This document shows, in pieces, positions 29,901 through 39,208 of a DNA stretch of 64,000 bases. The position numbers and the translations under genes were made by a program. The notes under the pieces are model-generated. The model saw only the letters and a program-made list of their open reading frames with translations. It did no database searches and was not told where the DNA came from. Source of the stretch: a virus; IMG/VR virus record IMGVR_UViG_3300026076_000002, one strand, 5' to 3'. Position 1 is the first letter of the stretch. Each line of letters begins with the position of its first letter.

Positions 29901-29967
29901 TGATGCTTTTAATAAGAGCATACAGGCAATCTTGACACCACTTATCATTTCACTAGGACAAGGATAA
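26926..29967 (+). CDS. Virion structural protein, paralogous in part to 16689-22208
   Basis: Late promoter ATAAATA at 26890; SPYVRNCT, KSMVCDSFTQ, DLTNSNSSFG, SHSFEYIGSG, GGKVVHTSTDERG motifs. Confidence 0.8.
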   Translation: MASVNKNFKIEKGLDVGDQALTVDGTTDRTGVGKTNPSYNLDVAGTANFDGIVAAGQIGIGTTQPVRDAEFRGDIGVYQKLYDFNDESGTNNQALISVDGPAGAGVSWTTLADIEVNAAGSTFQVQYRKENGKFGGAEHLYANDETNRIGIGISTPEYLFQIQRPSGHHSDNGYVQIGGTFLDSNASVGAAGSVLGVNNDGELRWVGAASSEFNIIFVCEDGDDVNSGYNITEAKRTVGSAATICRAGMTIRVTTGVYPENNPIDLPRNVSVDGDDLRNTQIVPLNAGKDMFHVDNGCLVQNLSFIGAANTGAMVAFTPGRPNEHTGASIKADAVVVDNWGGTTITPTSASYDQATGIMTVTAAGHGLAGPVGKNISTAVYNADVGIITVTSTAHEFDTNTQVLFAPGSLHFKCEMDNYATEHSYPRITDPYYKILRDVNILDSDTFEVQLGTSPRVLFDITDAVYNATSGAMKLTIGEHSLKVGENVKLAPNSLGFTCNYNGDNWQTTKTYPRASGAGTTSGADYAYETSLPILAKTDTTITVNVNGGQGAITDTTEHKYVTGTANNALWTGGAYNHVLQSADAGALLVGVQTVGFTTETIGFTCKTDNDTSEHFYPRATDPIAGILTGISSVTDDTFTVHVYPAGAQGSEYVGFITQSPYVRNCTNFVPDSIGMKIDGNDSSNLKSMVCDSFTQYNQGGIGVSITNDGYAQLVSIFTICDDIAIYCGSGGQCDLTNSNSSFGNKGLVSQGIGTVHYQGTLRTETIEEDNTIVVENLGNERPYTGQVFYVGELFNNIISVNVTNPGTGYTSTLPPRVTIGPPEGENGITAEGVASVSGFGSITSIDLIASGTQYRGTPEVTIAAPNTGFATATATAEIGPIYYTINSATTPSAGISTITVDQKIPNVIGIGSTVPFAKQSLILASSHSFEYIGSGVTIGVALPQKGGVTLSENQTLSIEGGKVVHTSTDERGNYLIGDDFTINQQTGTITGDAFNKSIQAILTPLIISLGQG

Positions 29968-29968
29968 C

Positions 29969-30307
29969 ATGGCTGCAATTCCATTAAATAGATTTCGTAC
30001 TATTACACATACTTTAGATACTAGCACAGTTGGTATCTATACGTGTCCACCAGGAGTTGCTGCGTTGGTTATCTACGGCAACGTGGCAAACACTGGTAGT
30101 GGTACATCAGTAACACAGTTTACAGTATCACATAATAGAGGTGCTGTAACAACTCCAATAGTTGCTGGTTATAGAATACCTTCAGAGGACGCTGCCAACT
30201 TCATTGATGGTAGATTGGCTCTTGAAACTGGTGATATCCTACAAATTAAGGGTAACCAGAATAATACTATGCAATGTATTATATCAGTATTGGAGAACGC
30301 TAAGTAA
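29969..30307 (+). CDS. Small virion structural protein
   Basis: IYTCPPGV, GRLALETGD, SVLENA. Confidence 0.7.
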   Translation: MAAIPLNRFRTITHTLDTSTVGIYTCPPGVAALVIYGNVANTGSGTSVTQFTVSHNRGAVTTPIVAGYRIPSEDAANFIDGRLALETGDILQIKGNQNNTMQCIISVLENAK

Positions 30308-30885
30308 TGCCTAAGTTACTTTCTGGTCGTGTTGGTGTAACCAGTTATTCTGGTATATCCACATCAAGGTATGAATGGTTGGGTCTGTCAGAAGCAGAAC
30401 CAAACCTTAACGTACCAGCTCAGAATGATTATGCATTATTCAGTGATGTTGATGGTAACAGGTATTGGCAATCAATAGCACCTTCAGGTGCAGTTGAAGG
30501 AATAACTGTTCAGGATGAGTATGTCACCCCAGTAGGGTACGGTGGTAGTATAACCATTGTTAACTTTGTTGGTACAGGTGTTACTGCAATTCAAACGAAG
30601 CAGAACATTGGTGGTGAGACTGTTGGTGTTGCAACAGTTATTATAGACCAACCACCACAAATGGTGGGTATTGGTTCTGCACTACCAGGTGCAGAGAATA
30701 TCATAGAATATTTGAACAGTGAGATAGGACTAGGACATACTGTTACTATTTCATCTGCACAGATGCCTAATGCTGAAAAGGCATGGTCAATCTATGAAAC
30801 TTTGGTTATGAATGAAGGTGGGGATCTGATTATTGGGGATGGACGCACATTTACTGTGGACATCTTAGATTTCGGACAACTTTAA
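30307..30885 (+). CDS. Virion structural protein
   Basis: LGLSEAEPNL, GNRYW, ITVQDE..NFVGTGVTA fibre motifs. Confidence 0.65.
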   Translation: MPKLLSGRVGVTSYSGISTSRYEWLGLSEAEPNLNVPAQNDYALFSDVDGNRYWQSIAPSGAVEGITVQDEYVTPVGYGGSITIVNFVGTGVTAIQTKQNIGGETVGVATVIIDQPPQMVGIGSALPGAENIIEYLNSEIGLGHTVTISSAQMPNAEKAWSIYETLVMNEGGDLIIGDGRTFTVDILDFGQL

Positions 30886-30930
30886 CCACATAAATAAAAC
30901 TAAGAAAAGAACCAGGAGTGCTGATTCACA

Positions 30931-32328
30931 ATGTCAAAAATTAGAGTAAATACAGTAGTCAATAGGACATCTAATGACAAGGTTACTTTTCCTTTTGGCA
31001 TAGGTGTAACTAACGGTGTTATCTGTTCAGGTGTTGTAACTGCAACATCATTTGTTGGTTCAGGTGTTTCACTGACGGGAGTTAAAGGAGAAACAGATAT
31101 AGAATATAGAGATGGTAGTGCTGGATTAACTGGTATTACTACAATAAGAGTCGGTGCTGGTCTTACTGTATCATTAGACAGTGCTGGTATAGCAAGTATT
31201 GGACAAGATAGAAATATAACTGTCACACAGGTCTATGGTGTTCCTGGAGTTACAACCTTTAGAGCATCTGATGGTAGAATAAGAGCACAAGGTGCTAATT
31301 CACCTAACCTTATATCATCAAGAATAGGTTTTGCAACTGATATACGTGATAGATGGGCAAGAGATTTTGCAGGTTCTGTATTATATGCTGCTGATACTGA
31401 CCAGTTATTATATGGTAAAGCAGTAGTATCTGGTACTCAAGGTCATTGGTCAGAATTAGTTAAGTCACAACATGCTGGTATAGTTACATTTACATCAGGT
31501 GGTGTTAATGTCAGTGCTGGCGGAGATGGAGTTAATAGTGATAGATTAAATGTTAGTGGTGTTGGTACTATAACTGATCTTAACGTATCAAACAACCTTC
31601 AGGTTACTGGTATAACCACACTAGGTGATACTGTTGTAAACAGTGCAGGTGAGGTTATCATCCAAAACCTAGACAGGGTTATGATGGGTGGTGTTGATGG
31701 TGCTGGAGCTCCAATAGGTTTTGCTGCAAGATATAATAGTGGTTCAGGTACTGAGTTATCAAATATATCTGGTTTACCATTTGTATTTGGTGATGGTAAT
31801 GTAACTGACTTTGCTACTATTAGTGTTGGTGGTATAGATGTTGGTTCAGGTGTTATAACTGCAACTGCATTTGATGGTGAACTATCAGGTAATCTATCAG
31901 GTAGTATAAATGCCAGTGGTATTTCAACTATTCAGAATTTACATATTACTGAGGCATTACTAGCAACAGGTGTTTCTATTGGTACTGTTAGAACATTACA
32001 ATCTGAGACATTACTTGTATCTGGAATTGCTACTGCTACATCATTTGATGGTCCAGCAACTGGGTTAAGTGGTACTCCTAATATTATAGTAGGACACAGT
32101 ACTCATTATAGTATAGTTCCATCAGCAGATGATACCTATAATCTAGGTGCTAACGACAAACGTTGGGCAAACATATATTCTGCTGACATGCACTTTAGTA
32201 ATAAGGGAGCATCTAACAGTGTAGATGGTACATGGGGAGACTGGACATTACAGGAAGGAGAAAATGATATCTTTATGCTTAATAATCGTACAGGTAAGAA
32301 GTTTAAGATCAATCTAACAGAAGTCTAA
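30931..32328 (+). CDS. Tail-fibre protein
   Basis: Late promoter at 30890; GVVTATSF repeats; C-terminal PSADDTYNLG..RWANIY..DGTWGDWTLQEG. Confidence 0.8.
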   Translation: MSKIRVNTVVNRTSNDKVTFPFGIGVTNGVICSGVVTATSFVGSGVSLTGVKGETDIEYRDGSAGLTGITTIRVGAGLTVSLDSAGIASIGQDRNITVTQVYGVPGVTTFRASDGRIRAQGANSPNLISSRIGFATDIRDRWARDFAGSVLYAADTDQLLYGKAVVSGTQGHWSELVKSQHAGIVTFTSGGVNVSAGGDGVNSDRLNVSGVGTITDLNVSNNLQVTGITTLGDTVVNSAGEVIIQNLDRVMMGGVDGAGAPIGFAARYNSGSGTELSNISGLPFVFGDGNVTDFATISVGGIDVGSGVITATAFDGELSGNLSGSINASGISTIQNLHITEALLATGVSIGTVRTLQSETLLVSGIATATSFDGPATGLSGTPNIIVGHSTHYSIVPSADDTYNLGANDKRWANIYSADMHFSNKGASNSVDGTWGDWTLQEGENDIFMLNNRTGKKFKINLTEV

Positions 32329-32359
32329 ATAATAAGGTAGTATAATAGTATAATCCACT

Positions 32360-34450
32360 ATGTCTAGAGCCAGAGAACTGGCAAAAGCAGGTGGAACTCA
32401 ACAGAGGATAGCTGGTCTATCTTCACACGTTGGTGTTTCTACTTTTGCCTCAGACGTTTATATCTATGAGGATCTCGTGGTATCTGGTGACATTAATGTC
32501 ACTGGTGACATGTCATTCGATGAGCAGACAGCGACTAACTCGAAGATTACTGGAATCGGTACGATAAACGATCTCTATGTAAGTCAGAATTTTACAGTTG
32601 CAGGAATTTCAACAATTCCACAAGTAATAGCTAGCACAGTTAACGCTAGTGGTATCATAACAGCAGCTGGTCTTGATATTGGCGGTAATTTTGATATTAC
32701 TGGTAGTATTTTACCAAGTGCAGATAACACCTATGACTTAGGTTCAGCAGAAGCAATGTGGCGAGATGTCTACATTGGTCCTGGATCACTTTACGTTAAC
32801 GGTCAGAAGGTTATTGAAGAAGATTCTTCAAACATTATCGTTAGTTGTGATGCTAACCAAAACCTAGTACTTCAAACCAGTGGGTCTGGAGACTTAGAAC
32901 TTGATCCAACTGGAACAGGTGTGGTTCAGGTTAAGGGTACATTACAATTAGAAGACGGACAGAATGTTACCAACAGTGCTGGTAATGATGTCACATTTGG
33001 AAACAGAATTGCTGTTGACCAAATCATTTCTAAGACTGACGATACAAACCTAACATTATCTGGAGAAGGTACTGGTAAGGTTCGAGTTTCAGATGACTTT
33101 GAAGTTACAGGATCATCTAATTTCACAGGTGGTTTAACCATTGGAACTAATGGTGTTAGTGTAACGACTTTAAGTGCAACTGGTATTGCCACTGCAACAG
33201 GTGGTTTCGTTGGAAACTTGACTGGTAATGTCACAGGTGATGTTACAGGTGACGTAACTGGAGATCTAACAGGAGATTCAGCAGGTACTCATACGGGTGC
33301 AGTTGTTGGAGATGTTACAGGTTCTATCACTGACACAGGTGATTCTACCATAGCATATCTTAACTCAACCACTGTAAACGTTGGTGCGGGTCTGACAGTA
33401 GGAGGCAACGCAGTAGTCGAAGGTAACTTGACAGTTAATGGTACAACCACAACTGTTAACAGTACTACGATGACTGTTGATGATAAGAACATCGAACTTG
33501 GTTCGACTGCTTCACCTAGCGATGCTGGTGCAAATGGCGGTGGTATTACACTAAAGGGAGATACAGATAAAACTATAGCATGGGATTCTACAACAGGTGC
33601 TTGGGATCTATCCGAGGATGTTAATGTAGTTTCAGGTAAAAAGTTCAGTATTGCAGACACTTCAGTTCTTACTGCTACTACACTTGGATCTGGTGTTGTT
33701 AACTCTAGTTTGACTAGCGTTGGTACACTTGGATCACTTGGAGTAACGGGTACTGTTACTGCTGGTGGATTTACTGGAGACGTGACTGGTGATGTAACTG
33801 GAGACTTAACTGGTGATGTAACTGGTAACGTAACTGGTAACTTGACAGGTGATGTAACTGGTGACGTGACTGGTGATCTAACTGGTGACGTAACGGGTGA
33901 TGTAACTGGTAACCTAACTGGTACAGTTAATACAGCATCACAAACCAACATCACATCAGTTGGTACACTCGGATCACTTGCAGTAACTAACAACATCACT
34001 GTTGGTGGTACTGTTGATTCACGTGACATCGCTAGTGATGGTTCAAAACTTGATGGTATAGAATCTGGTGCTACTGCCGATCAGTCTGCTGCTGAAATTT
34101 TGACAGCAATTAAGACTGTTGACGGTGCTGGTTCTGGACTTGATGCAGATACACTTGACGGTGTAAGTTCTGGATCTTTCTTAAGATCAGACACTGCTGA
34201 TACTATGACTGGTAATCTTACCATGACTGGTAACATTACTCCATCAGCGAACGACACATATAACTGTGGTTCATCTGCTAACAGATGGGCGAACGTCTAT
34301 AGTAATGACTTAGACTTATCAAACGAAGGAAGTGCAAACGAGGTCGATGGCACTTGGGGATCTTACCTTATACAAGAGGGTGAGTCTGACCTATTCATCA
34401 TCAACAGACGTAGCGGCAAGAAATTCCGTTTCGTTGTTGAAGAAGTTTGA
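32360..34450 (+). CDS. Tail-fibre protein with (G-D/N-V/L-T)n repeats
   Basis: CTAAATA at 32325; MSRARELA start; GNLTVNGTTTTVNS, DGAGSGLDADTLDG; same C-terminal domain as 30931-32328. Confidence 0.85.
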   Translation: MSRARELAKAGGTQQRIAGLSSHVGVSTFASDVYIYEDLVVSGDINVTGDMSFDEQTATNSKITGIGTINDLYVSQNFTVAGISTIPQVIASTVNASGIITAAGLDIGGNFDITGSILPSADNTYDLGSAEAMWRDVYIGPGSLYVNGQKVIEEDSSNIIVSCDANQNLVLQTSGSGDLELDPTGTGVVQVKGTLQLEDGQNVTNSAGNDVTFGNRIAVDQIISKTDDTNLTLSGEGTGKVRVSDDFEVTGSSNFTGGLTIGTNGVSVTTLSATGIATATGGFVGNLTGNVTGDVTGDVTGDLTGDSAGTHTGAVVGDVTGSITDTGDSTIAYLNSTTVNVGAGLTVGGNAVVEGNLTVNGTTTTVNSTTMTVDDKNIELGSTASPSDAGANGGGITLKGDTDKTIAWDSTTGAWDLSEDVNVVSGKKFSIADTSVLTATTLGSGVVNSSLTSVGTLGSLGVTGTVTAGGFTGDVTGDVTGDLTGDVTGNVTGNLTGDVTGDVTGDLTGDVTGDVTGNLTGTVNTASQTNITSVGTLGSLAVTNNITVGGTVDSRDIASDGSKLDGIESGATADQSAAEILTAIKTVDGAGSGLDADTLDGVSSGSFLRSDTADTMTGNLTMTGNITPSANDTYNCGSSANRWANVYSNDLDLSNEGSANEVDGTWGSYLIQEGESDLFIINRRSGKKFRFVVEEV
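33212..33280 (+). repeat. 12-bp degenerate coding tandem repeat (GDVT/GNLT)
   Basis: ACN-GGN-GAY/AAY-GTN/YTN units. Confidence 0.8.
33773..33922 (+). repeat. 12-bp degenerate coding tandem repeat, about 12 units (consensus ACTGGTGATGTA)
   Basis: Directly visible; encodes TGDVTGDVTGDLTGDVTGNVTGNL... Confidence 0.9.
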
Positions 34451-34485
34451 TCACAACTAAATAACAACAAGGAGATTAAACACAA

Positions 34486-35040
34486 ATGGCAATCTACGGA
34501 CAAGGTTCTAACATAACCCAAACCACAGATGCTACGGCTGGAACATATGGTTCTGCTAACCAAGTAGGTCAGATTACCATAGACTCGGACCAAAGGATCA
34601 GTGGTATAACAAATGTCTCTATAACAGCAAGCATCAATGCTAATGCTAGTACTGGAGATGTTGGTACGTATGCTTTCATGCAACAAGCATCTGGAAACGA
34701 TACGTACAACCCAGGCTCAACACTCGCTGGATCTTCACTAAGATACAGTGATGCAACTGGAAGACTTTACACTGGTACAACACCTTCGGGTACATGGAGA
34801 TGTATGGGATATGACTCAGGTTCTGCCTTAGTCAACTCAGGTTCTGGTACTGGTTCTGGTTCAGGTTCAGGTAACGTATCAGGTTCTGTATCTGGTAACG
34901 TATCTGTATCTGGTAAAGGATCTTACGGTTTATCTAGTGGTACTGTTAACGATGGTTCTGCCTCAGTTAACGTGAACACAAACGTATCTGTAAACACAGA
35001 AGTTGCTTACTCAGCAACACTGTGGATGCGGTATTCTTGA
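34486..35040 (+). CDS. Distal tail-fibre tip protein with a Gly/Ser-rich insert
   Basis: CTAAATA at 34457; AGTYGSA..ITID..RI, VGTYAF, PSGTWRCMG, TLWMR motifs of phage fibre tips. Confidence 0.75.
   Translation: MAIYGQGSNITQTTDATAGTYGSANQVGQITIDSDQRISGITNVSITASINANASTGDVGTYAFMQQASGNDTYNPGSTLAGSSLRYSDATGRLYTGTTPSGTWRCMGYDSGSALVNSGSGTGSGSGSGNVSGSVSGNVSVSGKGSYGLSSGTVNDGSASVNVNTNVSVNTEVAYSATLWMRYS
34837..34917 (+). repeat. GGTTCW/GTATCT-rich coding repeat (SGSGTGSGSGSGNVSGSVSGNVSVSG)
   Basis: Directly visible. Confidence 0.75.
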
Positions 35041-35067
35041 TTCATATATACTAGGAGGTAAAAACCA

Positions 35068-35463
35068 ATGGATCAATCACCATACTACACAGTAAAGGCA
35101 GGGCGTAACCCTAAGTGGGCTAATTCTGAGCATAACATGATCGACTTAGAAGTCGATTTCATGGATTTGGTTGAGGAATGGCTACCATACTCAGCATGTG
35201 CAGACGACCCTTGCCAACATAGTAGAGAAGTATATTCTCGTGCTATCAATGGCGAGTTCGGAGAAATACAGGAGTATGAAGACTACATGAAGTGGGTTCC
35301 TGTCAACAAGACACAAATTAATGTGTCAACTGAGGGACTTGTACAGATTCTACTGGAAAAAGGAGTTCTAACTGATGAGGAAGTTGATACTATCCTCGTT
35401 GAAGAGACTTCAACAGTAGGTTTCGCACGTACATCAACAGACGGAAGAGCATACGAATATTAA
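35068..35463 (+). CDS. Tail-fibre assembly chaperone (Tfa-like N-terminal domain)
   Basis: AGGAGG RBS; NPKWAN..IDLEVDF..WLPYSA..D..HSREVY.RA..GEFGEI. Confidence 0.75.
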   Translation: MDQSPYYTVKAGRNPKWANSEHNMIDLEVDFMDLVEEWLPYSACADDPCQHSREVYSRAINGEFGEIQEYEDYMKWVPVNKTQINVSTEGLVQILLEKGVLTDEEVDTILVEETSTVGFARTSTDGRAYEY

Positions 35464-35466
35464 ATC

Positions 35467-36459
35467 ATGAATTTTGCTGACTTATCTGATAAGTGGCATC
35501 ATTCAATCTGTAGGTATCTGGGTCTCGACTCGGATACCTATTTTTATTTTGGTGTTATGCCAGGTGTCTGCCGAGAAGTGGCTGGTAGACGTGACTTTAT
35601 GTACACAAATCCACAGTGTTTTAACAGTAAGATGGTGTACTCATGGACTGAGTACCACCATAAGAAGATAGATGACAGTAAATATGTTGACTCATATTAT
35701 GGTACGTGTCCATTCTTATGGGAGGTGGGTGCATTAGCCAGCAAGAATAACTATGAACCAAAGGGTTCACTATTCTTCTTACCAAGAGATGATCAAGTTA
35801 CTATAAGAGACTCGGATTATAGTAAGGTACAGAAAATAATAGATGAAGCACCACGCCCAGCCACGTTTCTGCTGCCATGGAGATCCTGTGATATCTGGAA
35901 GTCATGGGATAAAATAAAACTAGGTGGTGACTGTAGATTCATACAGATGAAAGATCCTGTGACCAGACAGTTTACACTAGCAGAAGCATTTTTACAACAT
36001 GAGTTCGTGTACATTCCTTGGCCTGGTACTGACATGTATTACAGTGAATTTCTTGATAAGAATACTATAATATATGATGACATAACAATGTATCGTACTA
36101 AGACTTCAGAAGAAACTGAACGTGATGAGAAGGGTAGTGTGTTGAGGTTCTTGAAGTGGGGATATGACTATCTAAATGATGTGCAGAAGGAATACTTCCA
36201 TTGGACTGAAAAGTGGAATGATATTCGTGTACAAGACAGAAAGTTCTTAGCACAAAAAATGCTAGGTCTTGATGTACTCAAGAGCCCAGCATCATTACAT
36301 GAAGATTTAACTAATAGAGGATTCTTACAACATGAACACCATTATAATCAATTCAAGAATTATCAATATGATTATTATACATCATATGAATGGTTACGTG
36401 AACGAGTAGACAACTATAAACCTAGTGACTATTGTAGTAAGATCTATAGTGCTTTGTGA
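35467..36459 (+). CDS. Hypothetical protein, possible GT-B-type glycosyltransferase
   Basis: LFFLPR and GTDMYYSEFLDKNTIIY weakly resemble GT-B C-terminal motifs; converges on the KdsB cassette. Confidence 0.35.
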   Translation: MNFADLSDKWHHSICRYLGLDSDTYFYFGVMPGVCREVAGRRDFMYTNPQCFNSKMVYSWTEYHHKKIDDSKYVDSYYGTCPFLWEVGALASKNNYEPKGSLFFLPRDDQVTIRDSDYSKVQKIIDEAPRPATFLLPWRSCDIWKSWDKIKLGGDCRFIQMKDPVTRQFTLAEAFLQHEFVYIPWPGTDMYYSEFLDKNTIIYDDITMYRTKTSEETERDEKGSVLRFLKWGYDYLNDVQKEYFHWTEKWNDIRVQDRKFLAQKMLGLDVLKSPASLHEDLTNRGFLQHEHHYNQFKNYQYDYYTSYEWLRERVDNYKPSDYCSKIYSAL

Positions 36460-36908
36460 GTATAACTCCTTCCTGTTAGTTTCTCAATAAATCTCTTCCA
36501 ATTATAACTAAAGAACTTACCATCTTTGATGCCTCGGTCATCCACATATAATTTTGCTCTAGGTTTACCGAAAAACAACTTCGTGTATTTTACACCCCAT
36601 GATTTGAGTTGTGCTTCAGTTCGTTCTCTAGCATGTCTATCTTGTTCTATCTGTATTTGTAGTGGATCTTCGTGTATTTTACAGGCATGTAAGAATCCAC
36701 GTGCTGTCTGTAGATATATTGTATCTCCAGCATCATACATTTCATTTATTACTGATATTCTATCTTCACGTGGTTTTGCTATCCATGGAGTACCATTATG
36801 AGGTTCAGTCAATGTACCATCTATATCAATAACATAGATGTTCTCCCTATCAAGGGGTTTAAGTGTTGACTCTGTAGTTACTCCTACTACTGGTTCATTC
36901 ATTTTCAT
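36444..36908 (-). CDS. HAD-superfamily phosphatase (capsule-biosynthesis type)
   Basis: DIDGTL motif I, TARG motif II, GKP..YVDDR motifs III/IV. Confidence 0.88.
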   Translation of the reverse strand: MKMNEPVVGVTTESTLKPLDRENIYVIDIDGTLTEPHNGTPWIAKPREDRISVINEMYDAGDTIYLQTARGFLHACKIHEDPLQIQIEQDRHARERTEAQLKSWGVKYTKLFFGKPRAKLYVDDRGIKDGKFFSYNWKRFIEKLTGRSYTHKAL

Positions 36909-37372
36909 GGTAATTCAGGTAATTGTACACCTATGGATTCCATAAGCATATAGATTGTCCATAAAGCATTGACTTCAAATTCGTGATAATTTCTACACTT
37001 ATCTAAGGTGATAGTGTGTATAATATCATGCTTTTTGGGTGCAATTAATAATACTTTAGATCTATCTGATAATGTATTTAATGACCTAACAATATCATTA
37101 TTAAGTCTACATGTAACACCAATGAATAGATCTATATTATTATAACAATGGTCAATCCATTGTTGTTGCCATGGTACATCAGGATTGTCTGTCTGCAATG
37201 CTGTGATCTCAATAGCATTAGCAGTTACACAGAATTTACCAGTATGCCTAGCAATATCACTTGCCATGTGTTGACATATAGCAAGGTTACCACCATGTCC
37301 TATCAACCCAATACTCTTGGCATTGTTAAACATTTCTTTGGCAATATCTAAGTTAGCATTATATAAGGTCAT
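36905..37372 (-). CDS. SIS-domain sugar-phosphate isomerase (GmhA-like, short)
   Basis: IGHGGNLAICQHMASD, ITAL..D. Confidence 0.7.
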   Translation of the reverse strand: MTLYNANLDIAKEMFNNAKSIGLIGHGGNLAICQHMASDIARHTGKFCVTANAIEITALQTDNPDVPWQQQWIDHCYNNIDLFIGVTCRLNNDIVRSLNTLSDRSKVLLIAPKKHDIIHTITLDKCRNYHEFEVNALWTIYMLMESIGVQLPELP

Positions 37373-38070
37373 AAATTATCCTCTACTTCTTTAATATGTT
37401 CAGGTCTATCTACTGCTCTTATCTTACCACATTCAAGATCAAATGGTATAACATTATATCTACCACAAAATCCAATAGTGTCTAACCCTTTCCAATACTT
37501 AACAAATGTCATGTCAAGGTTAGGGAAGTTTCTAATAACATCATGCCTATAGAAGTATAGTCCTAACTGAACAGTTATGTTAGAGCATACTACGTCAGGT
37601 GTACGTTGCATGTGCATTACTCTATTATTATTTTCAATCATCTTGACTACATCTTCATCTTCTAGTTCTCCTTCTTCTAACTTCCTAGATGCTTGTACCA
37701 TATCATAGTCATTAGCAATACCATGAGATATTATATCATCTATCCATGATACTCTAGTCAATGGTTCATCACCCTGAAGATTGAACACATAGTCACTCTT
37801 GATTCTATCAGCAACTTCAGCAACCCTGTGAGTACATGTATAATGCTTGTCAGTAAGCATTGACTCATACCCATGTATTTCGCATGTACGTTGTATGATC
37901 GGATCCTCAGTTGCTACTATAACCCTATCAACATACGCTGATAGTGATGCTATCTCAGCAACTCTTAGTATCATCTCACGTCCATGTATCTTAGCAAGTG
38001 GTTTACCATGAAACCTACTACTGGACATTCTTGCTGGTATTACACAGTTGATTGTTTTGCTTTTAAACAT
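37369..38070 (-). CDS. kdsB: CMP-Kdo synthetase-like cytidylyltransferase
   Basis: IPARMSSSRFHGKPLAKI, VIVATED, NLQGDEP, VDRPEHI. Confidence 0.85.
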   Translation of the reverse strand: MFKSKTINCVIPARMSSSRFHGKPLAKIHGREMILRVAEIASLSAYVDRVIVATEDPIIQRTCEIHGYESMLTDKHYTCTHRVAEVADRIKSDYVFNLQGDEPLTRVSWIDDIISHGIANDYDMVQASRKLEEGELEDEDVVKMIENNNRVMHMQRTPDVVCSNITVQLGLYFYRHDVIRNFPNLDMTFVKYWKGLDTIGFCGRYNVIPFDLECGKIRAVDRPEHIKEVEDNL

Positions 38071-39208
38071 AGGGATTGTTCCATGATGTAGGGATAGTAC
38101 CGAATACTTTTTTATAGTGATCGTATATCGGAATGAAGTTTGGCATTACCTTATCAACAGTAGTTTGTTCAAGTGTTTCAAGATCACTTGTCCATTGGTC
38201 TCTTAGTTCTTTATACTGTGGTGCATTGTTACCTAGATCAGGGACGTAACAGTTCCTATGCAGATTTGTGATAGGAAATTCAAGAAACTTAGATAGTTCT
38301 TTGAGTGGTCTGGACAGTCTGGGATTCCATAGTTCTTCCATTATAACATGATGGACGTTCTTTTCACCAAAATACTGTACAAACTTAAGGAAGTTCTCAG
38401 CATACTTACCTACACCAAACTGACATATCTTATATGTATTGACCATTGTTATGAAATAATCATTGTGACCTTTACCCTTAGTGGACATGGTGTTATGCTT
38501 ATTCCATATTGTTACAAACTCTGGAATATCAGGTGTAGGACATTCTGGCAATATTATAGTAGAACCCAGTTCAGAGAATAACCTTCTAATAGGATCTCTA
38601 AATTCTATCAATACTTTTACATTAAAGTGTTCTCTTAATTGAGGTGCGATTCTTGCATAGAATTCTGCTGGTAGATTCATGTTGAAATTACTGAAGTCAG
38701 CAACAGCATGATAACCAGCATCCTTAATGAAATCCCAATGCCTAGTATAGTAATCAATATACTTCTCTAAGGTCATAGGATACTCAAATAACTTTTTAAG
38801 GTACTTGCTAGTATAGTGGTAAGTCTTATCAGTATACTCTATCTGAGTTTGGTAATTACTCCATTCTCTAGTATCAGTACAAAGAATACCATAAGGATTA
38901 TCATGCCATTCAGGATAGATCCCATTAGTGAGTATGTTATTATCGTATTGTCTATGCCTGTACCAGTCTCCAGATCCACGTATTCCAAAACCCCAATAGC
39001 ACACGTGTTCACCACAATGCTTACCTAGATTTTGAGTTTTGAACCAGTCACGTTCTACTGTATGCTGATAATGACATTGTGACAACCACAGTGGTTCCTT
39101 CCTATGACCTGTATGACAATATCTATTGTCACGCTGTAAGGTTAACCACATGGGTGTAGTCGCTGCCCATCCACACCCAGTATTAAGTAGTAGTGTTGGT
39201 TTATCCAT
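38063..39208 (-). CDS. Sulfotransferase-like P-loop protein with a variant 5'-PSB motif
   Basis: GCGWAATTP, KEP, ADFSN, FRDPIRRLFS; paralogue of 56340-57332. Confidence 0.65.
   Translation of the reverse strand: MDKPTLLLNTGCGWAATTPMWLTLQRDNRYCHTGHRKEPLWLSQCHYQHTVERDWFKTQNLGKHCGEHVCYWGFGIRGSGDWYRHRQYDNNILTNGIYPEWHDNPYGILCTDTREWSNYQTQIEYTDKTYHYTSKYLKKLFEYPMTLEKYIDYYTRHWDFIKDAGYHAVADFSNFNMNLPAEFYARIAPQLREHFNVKVLIEFRDPIRRLFSELGSTIILPECPTPDIPEFVTIWNKHNTMSTKGKGHNDYFITMVNTYKICQFGVGKYAENFLKFVQYFGEKNVHHVIMEELWNPRLSRPLKELSKFLEFPITNLHRNCYVPDLGNNAPQYKELRDQWTSDLETLEQTTVDKVMPNFIPIYDHYKKVFGTIPTSWNNPYV

Noticed and set aside
33212-33922. Tandem repeats as a possible CRISPR array or DGR template
   Set aside because: They are 12-bp in-frame coding repeats with third-position variation; there are no spacers and no cas or reverse transcriptase gene in the window
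33289-34029. 246-aa minus-strand ORF with PVTS repeats
   Set aside because: Antisense shadow of the GDVT fibre repeat; no RBS or promoter support
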